Positions 10,527 through 19,856 of a stretch of DNA of 64,000 nucleotides are shown here, in pieces. The notes beneath the pieces are model-generated. The model saw only the letters and a list, made by a program, of their open reading frames with translations, ran no database searches and was not told the DNA's origin. Within the stretch, counting starts at the first letter, position 1. Every line of letters starts with the position of its first letter. This stretch comes from an uncultured Chloroflexia bacterium (lineage in GTDB: Bacteria; Chloroflexota; UBA6077; JACCZL01): the NCBI GenBank assembly GCA_963765765.1, contig CAVXYC010000010.1:128001-192000 (forward strand), read 5' to 3'. The translations under genes and the position numbers were made by a program.

Positions 10527-10553
10527 CTACCAGGATGTTTCACGTCCTGGTAG
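10527..10553. promoter_or_regulatory. Palindromic operator-like site upstream of the cupin gene
   Basis: CTACCAGGATG-TTTCA-CGTCCTGGTAG. Confidence 0.5.
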
Positions 10554-10936
10554 AGCGATAATCCGGGAGGCTGACCGCGTCTCGCCTCAGTTTGGACGTC
10601 CTGTCCGGTTCCCGAAACCGCCACCCTGGAAATCGTTCGTTCCGATAACGCCCGAGCCTGTTGAAAATTTCGCCCGCGGCATAGTCCACCAATCGAATGA
10701 GGCCGAAATAGAGCCCCTGGGAGTCAGTTTCGGGCCCTCGCCGCCCCGGCTTGCAGAGCTATTCCGGTTCATCGTTACCAGACAGAACGGACCAGGTCAG
10801 ACGGCTCTGCGGCGGATCCGTCTGCTGCCTGGCAGGAGGACTACTCGCTCGCATCTCCATGGGTCTTGACACGCCGCCGGTGCGGTGTCAGGATAGCAGG
10901 CACGCTCGTGCGGTCAGTCCCCGAGGAGGCGCTACC

Positions 10937-11938
10937 ATGCTGCGCCGCCGCTTCCGATTCCTGCTGATGACGCTCCTGCTGGCCGCATCCGCGGTCGCGC
11001 TACCGCCGGTGGAGACAGCCACGGCGGAAACGCTCACCCTCACCGGCGAGCAGCTCGCTGCCGGTGACCAGTTCCCCGGCTCCACTCTCACTTTCACCTG
11101 CTCCGCGTCGGACCCGAACACGGTGACGTTTAGAGCTTCGGGGTTCGCGACCGGCCCCTATCCCGGCACCTTCACGGAGCAGGGCTCTTTGACCCGCGAC
11201 CCCGCGACCGGCCAATTTACCTTCAACGCGACCTTCGAGATTCGCTCGTTCGGCGGGACCGTCACCGGTACCAAGACCGCTGCGAATTTCGGGATTGGCA
11301 CCATTGGGTGCCCCGGGCCGCCCATGGTCTATACGGCGGGCGGTCCCGTTGTTGTCAGTTACACCGCCCGGATCGAGACCGCCGACGGCGCCTTCACCGA
11401 CCAGGGCAGCTCGGGCGTGGGTCTATGCTGGCAATGCGGATTCGCCGATGCCCTCCTGGGCGAAACCTTCATCTCGGAGCAAGCCTGCGCCGTCGAGGCA
11501 CTCGCGGCGAGCACCGCGTCGGCCGATTCTGACCGGCGGGGTCGGTTGGACCCGGCGCCCTTCCGCCGCCTGCGTGATCAGGTCCTGGCCCGTTCACCCG
11601 GCGGGCAGCGCTACGTCCGCCTGTACGAGACCCACAGCCCGGAGATCGTCCGCCTGCTGCTCGCGGATCCGAATCTGCGGACCGAGCTGGTGGACGGGCT
11701 GCGGCTGTGGCAGGCCGATCTGACGGCGCTGGCCGACGGGCGCGGCGGCAGTGCGACCATCGATGCCGAGCAGGTGCGGGCGGCCGAGACGGTGCTGGAC
11801 CGATTGGCGGCGAAGGGTAGTCCGGCGCTGCGACGAGCAATCGAGCAGGAGCGCCGGGCACACCCGCCGGCGGGCTTCGTCGGGATGCCGCTGGATCGGG
11901 CACTGGATGAGCTCACCCGCGGCCAAGCGGGGCGCTAA
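10937..11938 (+). CDS. Secreted beta-rich protein with a CFI-box-CTERM-like C-terminal domain
   Basis: TTGACA-17-CAGGAT promoter, GAGGAGG RBS, signal peptide, C-terminal RRLRDQVLARSPGGQRYVRLYETHSPEIVRLL. Confidence 0.75.
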   Translation: MLRRRFRFLLMTLLLAASAVALPPVETATAETLTLTGEQLAAGDQFPGSTLTFTCSASDPNTVTFRASGFATGPYPGTFTEQGSLTRDPATGQFTFNATFEIRSFGGTVTGTKTAANFGIGTIGCPGPPMVYTAGGPVVVSYTARIETADGAFTDQGSSGVGLCWQCGFADALLGETFISEQACAVEALAASTASADSDRRGRLDPAPFRRLRDQVLARSPGGQRYVRLYETHSPEIVRLLLADPNLRTELVDGLRLWQADLTALADGRGGSATIDAEQVRAAETVLDRLAAKGSPALRRAIEQERRAHPPAGFVGMPLDRALDELTRGQAGR

Positions 11939-11984
11939 GCCCGAATAAATATCCCCGGCCGCTCGTATGTCACCGTATGCTGTG

Positions 11985-12080
11985 AGCACCGTCGGTGAGC
12001 GGGCCCCTCCCCTCCCGACGGCGTGCCGGGCCGCCGGGGTGGGCACGTCTCCCAACGTCACCCCGGCGGCCCATCGGCCG
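11985..12080 (-). ncRNA. Candidate two-hairpin small RNA (RNA-A)
   Basis: 14-bp perfect stem (12028-12041/12059-12072) capped on the minus strand by a GGGA GNRA loop, with an adjacent second stem at 11986-12026. Upstream minus-strand GTGACG-18-TAGACT. Confidence 0.5.
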
Positions 12081-12129
12081 GTCCCAGTCTACTGCGCCGC
12101 CGGGGCCAGCGTCACTTTCCCGGTGGGTC

Positions 12130-12158
12130 TTGCCCGCATACACGCCTCGCGCTATGAT
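12130..12158 (+). promoter_or_regulatory. Sigma70-type promoter of candidate RNA-B, copy 2
   Basis: TTGCCC-17 bp-TATGAT. Confidence 0.65.
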
Positions 12159-12163
12159 GACAT

Positions 12164-12242
12164 CAATCCGACCGTGCTCGTGGCCACGGGCACGGTCAGG
12201 GAAAAGGCCGGAGGAATGGGCACCCCTCTCCGGCCTTTCGTG
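12164..12242 (+). ncRNA. Candidate two-hairpin small RNA (RNA-B), copy 2
   Basis: Hairpins at 12170-12197 and 12203-12238; differences from copy 1 preserve pairing (A-U versus G-U). Confidence 0.55.
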
Positions 12243-12290
12243 CACCTGGTGATCGACGCCGCCGCCCGTACTTGGAAGCGCCGCCCTCAC

Positions 12291-12815
12291 TCAGCGGAAC
12301 AGCTGCTGGACGATCAGTGTCCCGACTGCGGTGAGCGTCCGTCCGCCCGCCCCGACGAGGACGACCGTGGCCGGGTGCCGACCCAGTTCGTCCGCCTCCC
12401 CACTGGCGGGCTGGATGGTCGCGGTGAACGACTCCCCGGACCGCGTCGCCCGGAAGTCGATGACCGCCCGGTGAGGCCGGCGATGCCGTCGTGAGTCGGC
12501 GCAGCTCGTCTCGGGGTGTTCTTCTGCCACCAGGATCGTGTTCGAGGCGCCATCCTGGACACGCGCCGCACCCTCGACCCGCGCCTGGCCGTCCGCGCCG
12601 ATGGTGACCTGCGCGTGCAGGTCGAAGTTGTCGGCGGGTCCCACGGAGGGGGAATCGCCAAACCAAACGACAAGCCACTGAGCCTCGGGACGCGGTCCGC
12701 GCCCACCATCCGGCGGGTGTCAGGTCCCGTCGTGCTCGGCCGCGGCGCTGGCCGGCAGGAGCGCGAGCATCCCGACCAGGAACACCAGGGCACATGCAGC
12801 CCCGTCCGGGGCCAC
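12291..12815 (-). pseudogene. Secreted protein with a DGASNTILVAE motif, copy 1 (interrupted at TGA 12722-12720)
   Basis: TTGCCG-17-TAGACT promoter, GGAGG RBS, signal peptide LVFLVGMLALLPASAAAEHDGT*, then GQARVEGAARVQDGASNTILVAEE...TLIVQQLFR*. Confidence 0.7.
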
Positions 12816-12871
12816 GCCCGGTCCTCCCGCCAGTCTAGCGCCGAGTGGGGTGCCCGGCAAGCCCGGTCCGA

Positions 12872-12924
12872 GTCAGCGCCTCCCGACCGATCAAGCCTCC
12901 GTTGATCGCTCGGGAGGCGCTGAC
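12872..12924. repeat. Long inverted repeat
   Basis: GTCAGCGCCTCCCGA-C-CGATCAA ... TTGATCG-C-TCGGGAGGCGCTGAC. Confidence 0.7.
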
Positions 12925-13132
12925 GAGCCTTCAGAAGATGCTCACCGAGGAGTTATCTCCGATTGAGGAGATGTGGGAGCGGCGGAACTGATGGATCGAG
13001 ACGCCGGGTCCCAACTCAGCACGCTTACGGGTGACGAGACTGGGGCGCTGCTGCGTCCCAAGGACACCAGCACGGACAGACCAGGAATACAATGGCTCTG
13101 ATCATCACCAGGAAACGCGAAAGGAGCTCCTA

Positions 13133-13375
13133 ATGGCCCAAGCATGGCCACCGAAAATCGGCGATGCAGTACGCGTGAAACGATTTCGGAATGAATACCG
13201 TGGTGGAACATCACAGGCGGGCGGGCCGATCGTGAGCATTGAAGGCACGGGAGATTCCGCAGTCTATGCAGTGAACTGCCGCACATTCCGCTACATCGAT
13301 ATGGACGGCCAGATAAAGAACACGGCACTCGAGCCGCTGCGATGTTCGCTAGCTGATATCGAGCCGATTGACTAG
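13133..13375 (+). CDS. Small KOW/SH3-like hypothetical protein
   Basis: AAGGAG RBS; WPPKIGDAVRVK...LADIEPID. Confidence 0.65.
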   Translation: MAQAWPPKIGDAVRVKRFRNEYRGGTSQAGGPIVSIEGTGDSAVYAVNCRTFRYIDMDGQIKNTALEPLRCSLADIEPID

Positions 13376-13454
13376 CACGTTCAGGATCAAGAAGGCGCGC
13401 GAGACGCTCGCGCGCCTTTACACTTCGGCACCAACAACCTGAGGCCCCGCGCCT

Positions 13455-13640
13455 CCAGCCTCCGTCCGGGGCCGCGGCGACGCCGGACACGAGGGAGTCT
13501 GGGCGGAACCGCGAGTACGTGGCGTCGAATTGTTCGATCCGCTCGAGAATGTGCTGCTGCATCTGGCGGCCCAACGGCTCGTGGGTCTCGATCTCCCATT
13601 GGGTTCCCATGGCCTCGAACGTGAACACGCGCGTGCTCAT
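13455..13640 (-). pseudogene. ApbE-like FAD:protein FMN transferase N-terminal fragment, copy 1
   Basis: MSTRVFTFEAMGTQWEIET...FDATYSRFRPDSLVS, truncated. Confidence 0.75.
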
Positions 13641-13680
13641 GCTGGCGTCTACCGCGCGGGAGCCTCCGGCGATCGCCACT

Positions 13681-15053
13681 TCAGCTGGCCCCATAGGTGA
13701 TCCGATAGACCGCGCCGCCATCGTCGTCGGAGACGAGCAGGGCGCCGTCGGGCGCGACCAGCACGTCGACCGGCCGGCCCCAGACGCTGCCACGGTTCCC
13801 CTCGTGTGCCATCCAGCCGGTCGCGAAGTCCTCGGCCGGCCCCGCGTTGCCGCCATCGAAGGGGATCCGGATGACCTTGTAACCAACCGGCACCGAGCGG
13901 TTCCACGAGCCGTGCAGCGCCACGAAGAGGTTGCCGCGGACTCCATTGGGGAAGCTGGTGCCGTCGTAGAAGCGGAGTCCGAGCGGCGCGCTGTGCGCCT
14001 GGAAGGTCACCGCCGGTGGGTCGACTGTTGCACAGGCGTCCGGTCTGCCCAACTGGGGGTCGGGCTGCAGACCGCCAGGGACCGGATTGCATCTCGGCCA
14101 GCCGGCGTCGCCGCCGTCCCGCACCCGGTAGACCGTCTCAAAAGGCACGTCGTCACCGAGCTGGTCGCGGCCGTTGTTGGTCGCCCACAGCTCGTCTGTA
14201 CCGGGCCGCCAGACGAAGCCCACCGCGTTCCGCAGGCCGCGCATGAAGATACGGCCGTCGGAGCCGTTGGCGTTGTAGACCGAGATCGCCGCGCGTCGCG
14301 CGTCGCTCTCCTCGCAGACATTGCAGCTCGAGCCGACCGCGACGAAGAGCCTGCCGTCCGGGCCCAAACCAATGGTGCGGGTGCGGTGGCCGCCTCCGCT
14401 CGGGAGCTCGGGGACGACTGGCTCCGGACTGCCCTGGCGCGCGCCGTCCGGGCCGATCCTGAAGCGGACGACGCGGTTCGTCTCGCCGACGTAGAGGTAG
14501 TCCTCGTGGAAGGCGAGGCCGTGGGGTTGGCGCAGCCCGTCGGCCCAGACCTGAATCTCGTCGGCCACGCCGTCACTGTTGCGGTCGGGTAAAGCATAGA
14601 TCTGGCCGTCGGTCATGCCAGTCGCGAAGACCGTACTGCCCGGGCCGATCGCCATGAAGCGCGGGCCGCTGAGGCCAGCGGCGAACACGTTCGCTTTGAA
14701 GTCCGCCGGTAGCGTCAGCGTGCGGGGCTCGGCCAGCCGCCCGCTCCGGAACTGAGGCGCGACGTCGAGCGGCACCGGCCCCTGCGCACCGAGCGGGGCC
14801 GGCTCGGACGGCGCGCTCGGTGCCAACCCGATGCTCGGTTTCGCGTCAGCAGCCGGCCCAGTCGGCTGCACCTGGTCAGCCACGACTGGCGTTGCGGGGA
14901 TGGCGGTAGGAGCTACCGTACGGTGGCCGCGACGGTCGAGACGGCCACGGTGGGCGGCGCGGCAACCTGACTGCCAGGCGACGCGCAAGCAACGGCTCCC
15001 GCCACCCCAGCGAAGAGGCCAATGGTTACGATCCGCATGGTCAAGGTGTTCAT
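13681..15053 (-). CDS. PQQ-dependent glucose/sorbosone dehydrogenase-family lipoprotein (frameshift near 14915)
   Basis: PHGLAF, HRTRTI, GSSCNVC, GLRNAVG, NGRDQLGDD, AHSAPLG, HGSWNRS, GRPVDV. The lipobox start at ATG 15053 is in another frame. Confidence 0.85.
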
Positions 15054-15207
15054 AATTTCCTCCTGATGAAGGGGAGTGATATCCGCCCACCAACGGTGTA
15101 TCCTCGAATGACAATTCGAGATTAGCCTCGACGGACATCATTGCGCCCGGCCGCGAGGGCAGCCGGGGACCCGAGGTTGGTCAAGCCGGGCTGCACCCCG
15201 AAAATTC

Positions 15208-15370
15208 CTCAATCCGGGACACCAGCGAATCCGTCCGGAACCGCGAGTACGTGGCGTCGAAGACTGCGATTCGTTCGAGGATGGGCTGTTCCAAGCGACT
15301 GCCCACCGGCTCGTGGCTTTCGATTTCCCAGTGGGTGCCGATAGCCTGAAACTTGAACGTGACATGGGGA
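15208..15370 (-). pseudogene. ApbE-like N-terminal fragment, copy 2
   Basis: FKFQAIGTHWEIESHEP...FDATYSRFRTDSLVSRI, truncated. Confidence 0.7.
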
Positions 15371-15651
15371 CGTTGTCTTCTGCTGCGCGGGCCGGCGTGG
15401 GTTAGATGCGCTGTGGCAGACGGCGCTGTTTGGCATACGCGATGACAGGCTTCCGAAGGTGTTACAGGAACCAAGACAGCCACCTTAGCGCAGACTCCTG
15501 CATTTGAGTTTCTTGAATAGCCGCGATACGGATGCTGGAAGCTTGGGGCGCGGTCTAGTCGCCACATTCGGTCAGGGTCGCCACACCGCGCGGAGCCCGG
15601 CCGCCCTGGATGGATCGATGGCGAGAGCGGTTCATCGGAACGCGAGCCGTA

Positions 15652-16523
15652 TCACGACAGTCTAGGCTCCAGACCTTTTGCTTGCAGTACGGGCACGACC
15701 GTCTCGCTCGTAAGAAATTGGATCAATGCTCTAGCCGCATCCGGTTCTTTTGCGCTCGTCCCGACGCCAGCCACAACGGTCACATGGTGCTGGATCTCCG
15801 GTGGGAGGGGGCCAACCAGCTCTACGCCACCGACGGGCAGTATGTCGCTGATGACGGAGAGGCCGAGCTCGACATCACCCGCAGCAACAGCACGCGGGTT
15901 TTGCCCGCCACCGCCCCATCAGCTTTGTCTTAGCCCGCATCTCCTCAGCGATTCCGAGCCGCTCCATGAGGCTCGCGAGATAGATTCCGCCTCGACTGTC
16001 CTTCGTATAGCTGATTGACGTGGCCTGAAGGAGCGCATTTCTAAATGCCTCAACTGAGCTAATGTCCGGTTGCGGAGCGCCGGCACGCGCGGCAACGCCG
16101 ATGCTCATGCGGGCTACGTTCATGCGCGTTGATGGGTCGATTTTGTGCAAGGTACTGAGATGGTCGATTTCTTCAGATGCGAAGAGGGCAACGTCGAAAT
16201 CACCACGATCAATTAGTTCCTTCAACTGGGTGGGCAGCCCGAAGATCTGGACGAGCGTATGGATCGCTGTCCGTTCGAACTCGGGTCCGAGCGCCTCCAT
16301 CGCTGCACGCATACCGGGAATGCACAACACCCTAACTTCAGCGATCTTCACGGTGAACTCCTTGAGTCGAACCGACCATAGAGGGCTGCACCAACTGTCC
16401 CATTGTCTCAACGGCTCTAATGGAACGGATCTCGCGCGGATCAACGGTCTGACTAGCGATGGCGTTGACGGGCCAAAGCAGCGCGCAGGCGATGAACAGG
16501 ATGGCCGCAGTTGCCCGGTGCAT
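15652..16523 (-). pseudogene. ModA-like substrate-binding protein, two frameshifts
   Basis: Signal peptide, IGVAARAGAPQPDISSVEAFRNALL, SRGGIYLASLMERLGIAEEM, VELVGPLPPEIQ...KGLEP in three frames. Confidence 0.8.
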
Positions 16524-16977
16524 GACAGGCCACACACCAAGTAAGAGGTTGACGCGTCTACAAAACGTAACAGCCCCTCGAACTACGGGCCCCGCCCGGC
16601 GCGATCGGTTTGGGGTAGTCTACGATGCGAGCAGTGCCGGGGTAGAGAACGGTTGACCGCACAATGCCCGCGCCCCCAGTAAACTGCGCCGGCCATCGCG
16701 GTCAGTTCCTCCGTTCCGAGGCTGCCTCTAGCTCCTCCAGGTGCCCCAACAGCATCGTGTGCAGTTCCTTAGCGAGCTCGCGCGAGATGTTCGGTGGCTC
16801 GATCGGTTCGCGTTGTGTCCCAGGCGGCAACGCGGCTGCAGCGTCGCACTCGGCCCAGCGGTCGAGCACTTCCGCGGTCATCTTAGGTCGGGCCAGCTAC
16901 AGAAGCGTATCGCGTGTCACTTCGTGGCCGAGCGGTGTATCCTGTGGAAGCGGATTACGTGGTACGAGGATCTATTG

Positions 16978-17523
16978 ATGAAGCATGTTATGGCGATACT
17001 AGCGGGATTTCTCGGCCTGCTGGTCGTCGTGACGCCGGTTTCGGCACACCACAGGGGCGATCACGAGGGTGGTCCGCCGAACGAATCGGCGTCGCAGGCG
17101 CAATCTAACAAGCAGAACAAGGACGATAAGCAGAATAAGAACGACACTGAGGATCAAGACGAGAAGAAACAGGGCGAGGACGGGGAGAACTCGGGCTTGC
17201 ACCTCGGTCAACTTGTGCGCAATCTCGATGATTCGCCCAACGCGCTGGCGTCGGAGTTTCGTAACTGCGCCGAGGAGGACAACCTGCGCGACATGAATCG
17301 GGGCGAGATCAAGCGCCTGGCCCGCGCCGCCGGTCTCGGCCCGCAGAACCTCGAGAATCGGCTTGACTCGGACGATCTGGACGATCTAGAGGAGTCCCTG
17401 GATAACCGTCTCGAGGCAAACGACATCAGGGGTCTCAGCGTTGGCAAGCTTTTGCAGGCCGCGCACGCCTGCGGGATAACAACCAGCGAGCTGGCCGACG
17501 AGCTGCGTGAGGATCAAGAGTAG
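16978..17523 (+). CDS. Secreted acidic hypothetical protein
   Basis: GAGG RBS, signal peptide ending PVSA, D/E/N/K-rich linker, repeated GQL/GEI/GKL helices. Confidence 0.7.
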   Translation: MKHVMAILAGFLGLLVVVTPVSAHHRGDHEGGPPNESASQAQSNKQNKDDKQNKNDTEDQDEKKQGEDGENSGLHLGQLVRNLDDSPNALASEFRNCAEEDNLRDMNRGEIKRLARAAGLGPQNLENRLDSDDLDDLEESLDNRLEANDIRGLSVGKLLQAAHACGITTSELADELREDQE

Positions 17524-17548
17524 CTCAGGACCCGAAAGGGCGGCAGGA

Positions 17549-17583
17549 GAAAGAGCCTCGGGTCGATGCCCCGAGGCTCTTTC
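17549..17583 (+). terminator. Intrinsic terminator
   Basis: GAAAGAGCCTCGGG ... CCCGAGGCTCTTTC after the stop codon. Confidence 0.75.
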
Positions 17584-18082
17584 ATTGAGTGAGATACGTC
17601 GTTCGCGTATAGGCGCCCGAGTCTTTGCTCTTTCGGAAGAGATCTCGTTGGCACCTCCGTTCACGATCGAGTCGGCGCATATCAACGCCGCCGGCTGGGA
17701 AGTGACCGGAAGTCAGTACTCGCCGCGGATCGCATTCGCCCTCCGCCGACCTCGCCGGAGGGGTTGGGTGGAACGCCTGCACGGGCTCACAACAGCACCA
17801 GCCTGAATGCTCATGATGAACTCGATGGAGTGGGCATTCCTGGTGGTGCTGCTCCGGCTGGTCGAGCGCTTCGTGCTGGGCGACTGACACCGTCTTCACC
17901 CGTTGCGGGTACTCGCAGGCATGGCATGGGCTTTGCCGGTGGAGGTAGTGGTGTAGAGACCGTCAGGAACCTGGCGCGCCTCCAACGAGCAGGACACCTG
18001 AGGACTGCTGCGCCGCCCTCTCTGCGAGTGCCCCTGGCCGATCTGGGTTGGGGGCTTCTTCCTGCTCGGCTCAGCGTCGAGG

Positions 18083-18469
18083 CTAGTTGCAGCTCGCCAC
18101 CTGAACCGACTGATCAACGATCCGGACATCCCGACCGGTGCTTCGCTCGCGGAACGTCACCCAGCCCGGGCCGCCGCTGTGGAACATGCCCCGGAGTGTC
18201 GCCCCGCTCTCCGTCGTGTCGCTGAACTTCCCTCCCGTACTCGTCAGCAGCAGCTCATCAGCGGCCGCCCCCGAGATGTCGAACGGCGAGACCAGCCGCC
18301 ACGCACCGATCTCGAGATCGATGTAGAAGGTGCCGGTCGTGGCCTCGAAGTAGGCGCAGGCGGCCTCGGCCGATCCCGCCGTCATCGGCAGAAATGTCGC
18401 GGCCGCTACGACGGCGAGGACACTGACAAGCTTCCGCACATCCCTGGGCGCATCGCGGTTGAGAATCAT
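18083..18469 (-). CDS. Secreted hypothetical protein
   Basis: GAGGAG RBS, signal peptide ending AEA, two Cys. Confidence 0.65.
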   Translation of the reverse strand: MILNRDAPRDVRKLVSVLAVVAAATFLPMTAGSAEAACAYFEATTGTFYIDLEIGAWRLVSPFDISGAAADELLLTSTGGKFSDTTESGATLRGMFHSGGPGWVTFRERSTGRDVRIVDQSVQVASCN

Positions 18470-18624
18470 TGGTTGGGACTCCTCTTATTAACTACCCAAT
18501 CATCACCTGATGGTACCGCCAGCAGATCATCGTGCAATGTCTCGCCCAAAGATCCTTCCGCGGGTAAACCACTCACGCTGCGCAGTTAGCCATCAGATTC
18601 GCCGCGACGGCGCGCTGGTGCGGT

Positions 18625-18860
18625 GCGGGGTAGCGAGTTTAGGCCCAGAAGCCACCGGTTTCCCGTCCATGAAGAAGGGCACAAACCCCCATTTCACGAT
18701 CCGCAGCTCACGAGTGTCATTGGTGTGCTGCACCACAATGGGGATGTCCTGAGAGGGCGCCACAGTCGAAGCGGGGCGTCACGTCCGTCTCGGCGAACTC
18801 TTCCAGGCCAAACCGCCGCATCAGGGGACTGGGATCACCTAGCGTGTAGCGTCCACACAT
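18625..18860 (-). pseudogene. SRAP (SOS response-associated peptidase) 5' fragment
   Basis: MCGRYTLGDPSPLMRRFGLEEFAETDVTPRF...; paralog of 26656-27341. Confidence 0.8.
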
Positions 18861-18992
18861 ACTCCCAATGCTCAGTTCCTAGACCCCGTTAGCCGTGACG
18901 GTTCAGAAAGCTTCGGCGGTTGCCGATGCATTTTAAAGTGACCGTCAGGCGACATGTCTGGATATCTCGCAAGAAGGGCATCGACCCTCAGT

Positions 18993-19271
18993 TCACTCTT
19001 TCGCCCGCTTGAATACAGCCCGGTAGACCCGGACACGCGAGCCCAAGGCGTCCCCATAGGTGACGCTCTCCCGGTCGGTAAACGAGTGTTCCGGGCTCAA
19101 CGAAACCGTCTCCCATCCATCAGCCCCCTTTCCTTGCAGAATCTCTACAAGTTCGCGTGGCTGACCTTGAGGTCTGGCCGCTCGTCTTGGGCGCACTGTC
19201 CCCGCCATCGGCGCAGCTCCCACCGCCGCGAGTCCCAGGGCCACCAGGCTGCGACTCCATCGTCCGGTCAT
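18993..19271 (-). CDS. Small secreted protein, DUF4177-like
   Basis: GGAGGT RBS; LQGKGADGWETVS...YRAVFKRAK. Confidence 0.5.
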   Translation of the reverse strand: MTGRWSRSLVALGLAAVGAAPMAGTVRPRRAARPQGQPRELVEILQGKGADGWETVSLSPEHSFTDRESVTYGDALGSRVRVYRAVFKRAKE

Positions 19272-19505
19272 CAGACACCTCCGCACCACTCGCTCGGTCC
19301 CGAACCGGCGGTTTATGAGTCGATCGCACGGTCTGGCGCGTCGGGCGAGCCACCCGGGGCGGTGCACTGGCGCGGAGTATCGGGTGGCCAGTGTACCGCT
19401 TCTCCTGATGTCCTGCGCATTGCCACCCGATGCGGCCACGTGGCGACCCACTTGACGATGGAAGCAAGCGTCAGACTCTGACCTTTCGTGCAGCTAGCCG
19501 CGACC

Positions 19506-19799
19506 TCAGCTCGATTCGATGCGCTCCGCAACAGGGGTCTCTGGAATCCCGTGATCCCGCATGAGCAGGCTCACGTCTTTCCAGCCGAATTGCTTGATGC
19601 CGGCGTCCAGGCGCTCCATGGCGTCGATCAGCGCCAGCTTGTGCACCTGGTCCAGCCCGTCCGCCCACTCCGGCAGGTCGGGACGCACGCCGCGCATGTG
19701 CGACCTCCCCCGCAGAATGGCCCGGCCGCGGGACAACGTTGCCGCCGGGACCGCTCCTGGACAGCGCGCCTCGATCTCCCTATCATGCCGTGGCGACAC
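19506..19799 (-). pseudogene. Hypothetical gene fragment (DLPEW motif), copy 1
   Basis: GRSHMRGVRPDLPEWADGLDQV; paralogous DNA at 21364-21455. Confidence 0.5.
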
Positions 19800-19856
19800 A
19801 GCACCTCCCGCTTGACGAATTCCTGTTCGAAGTACGGGGTGAACTAAAGGATTGCC

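Noticed and set aside
11986-12072. Plus-strand 6C-like RNA with C-rich loops
   Set aside because: Two adjacent stems with C-rich loops and an upstream TATGCT fit superficially. However, there is no -35, and the G.U pair, GNRA loop and conserved minus-strand promoter favour the other strand. Not fully excluded.
12720-12722. Selenocysteine codon
   Set aside because: The TGA is in frame with the body only in copy 1. Copy 2 needs a frameshift, the downstream hairpins differ, and there is no redox motif.
13519-14592. Long plus-strand ORF, and similar ORFs such as 4283-5134, 32295-33140, 40182-41075 and 62104-63039
   Set aside because: These are antisense shadows of recognisable genes in high-GC DNA.
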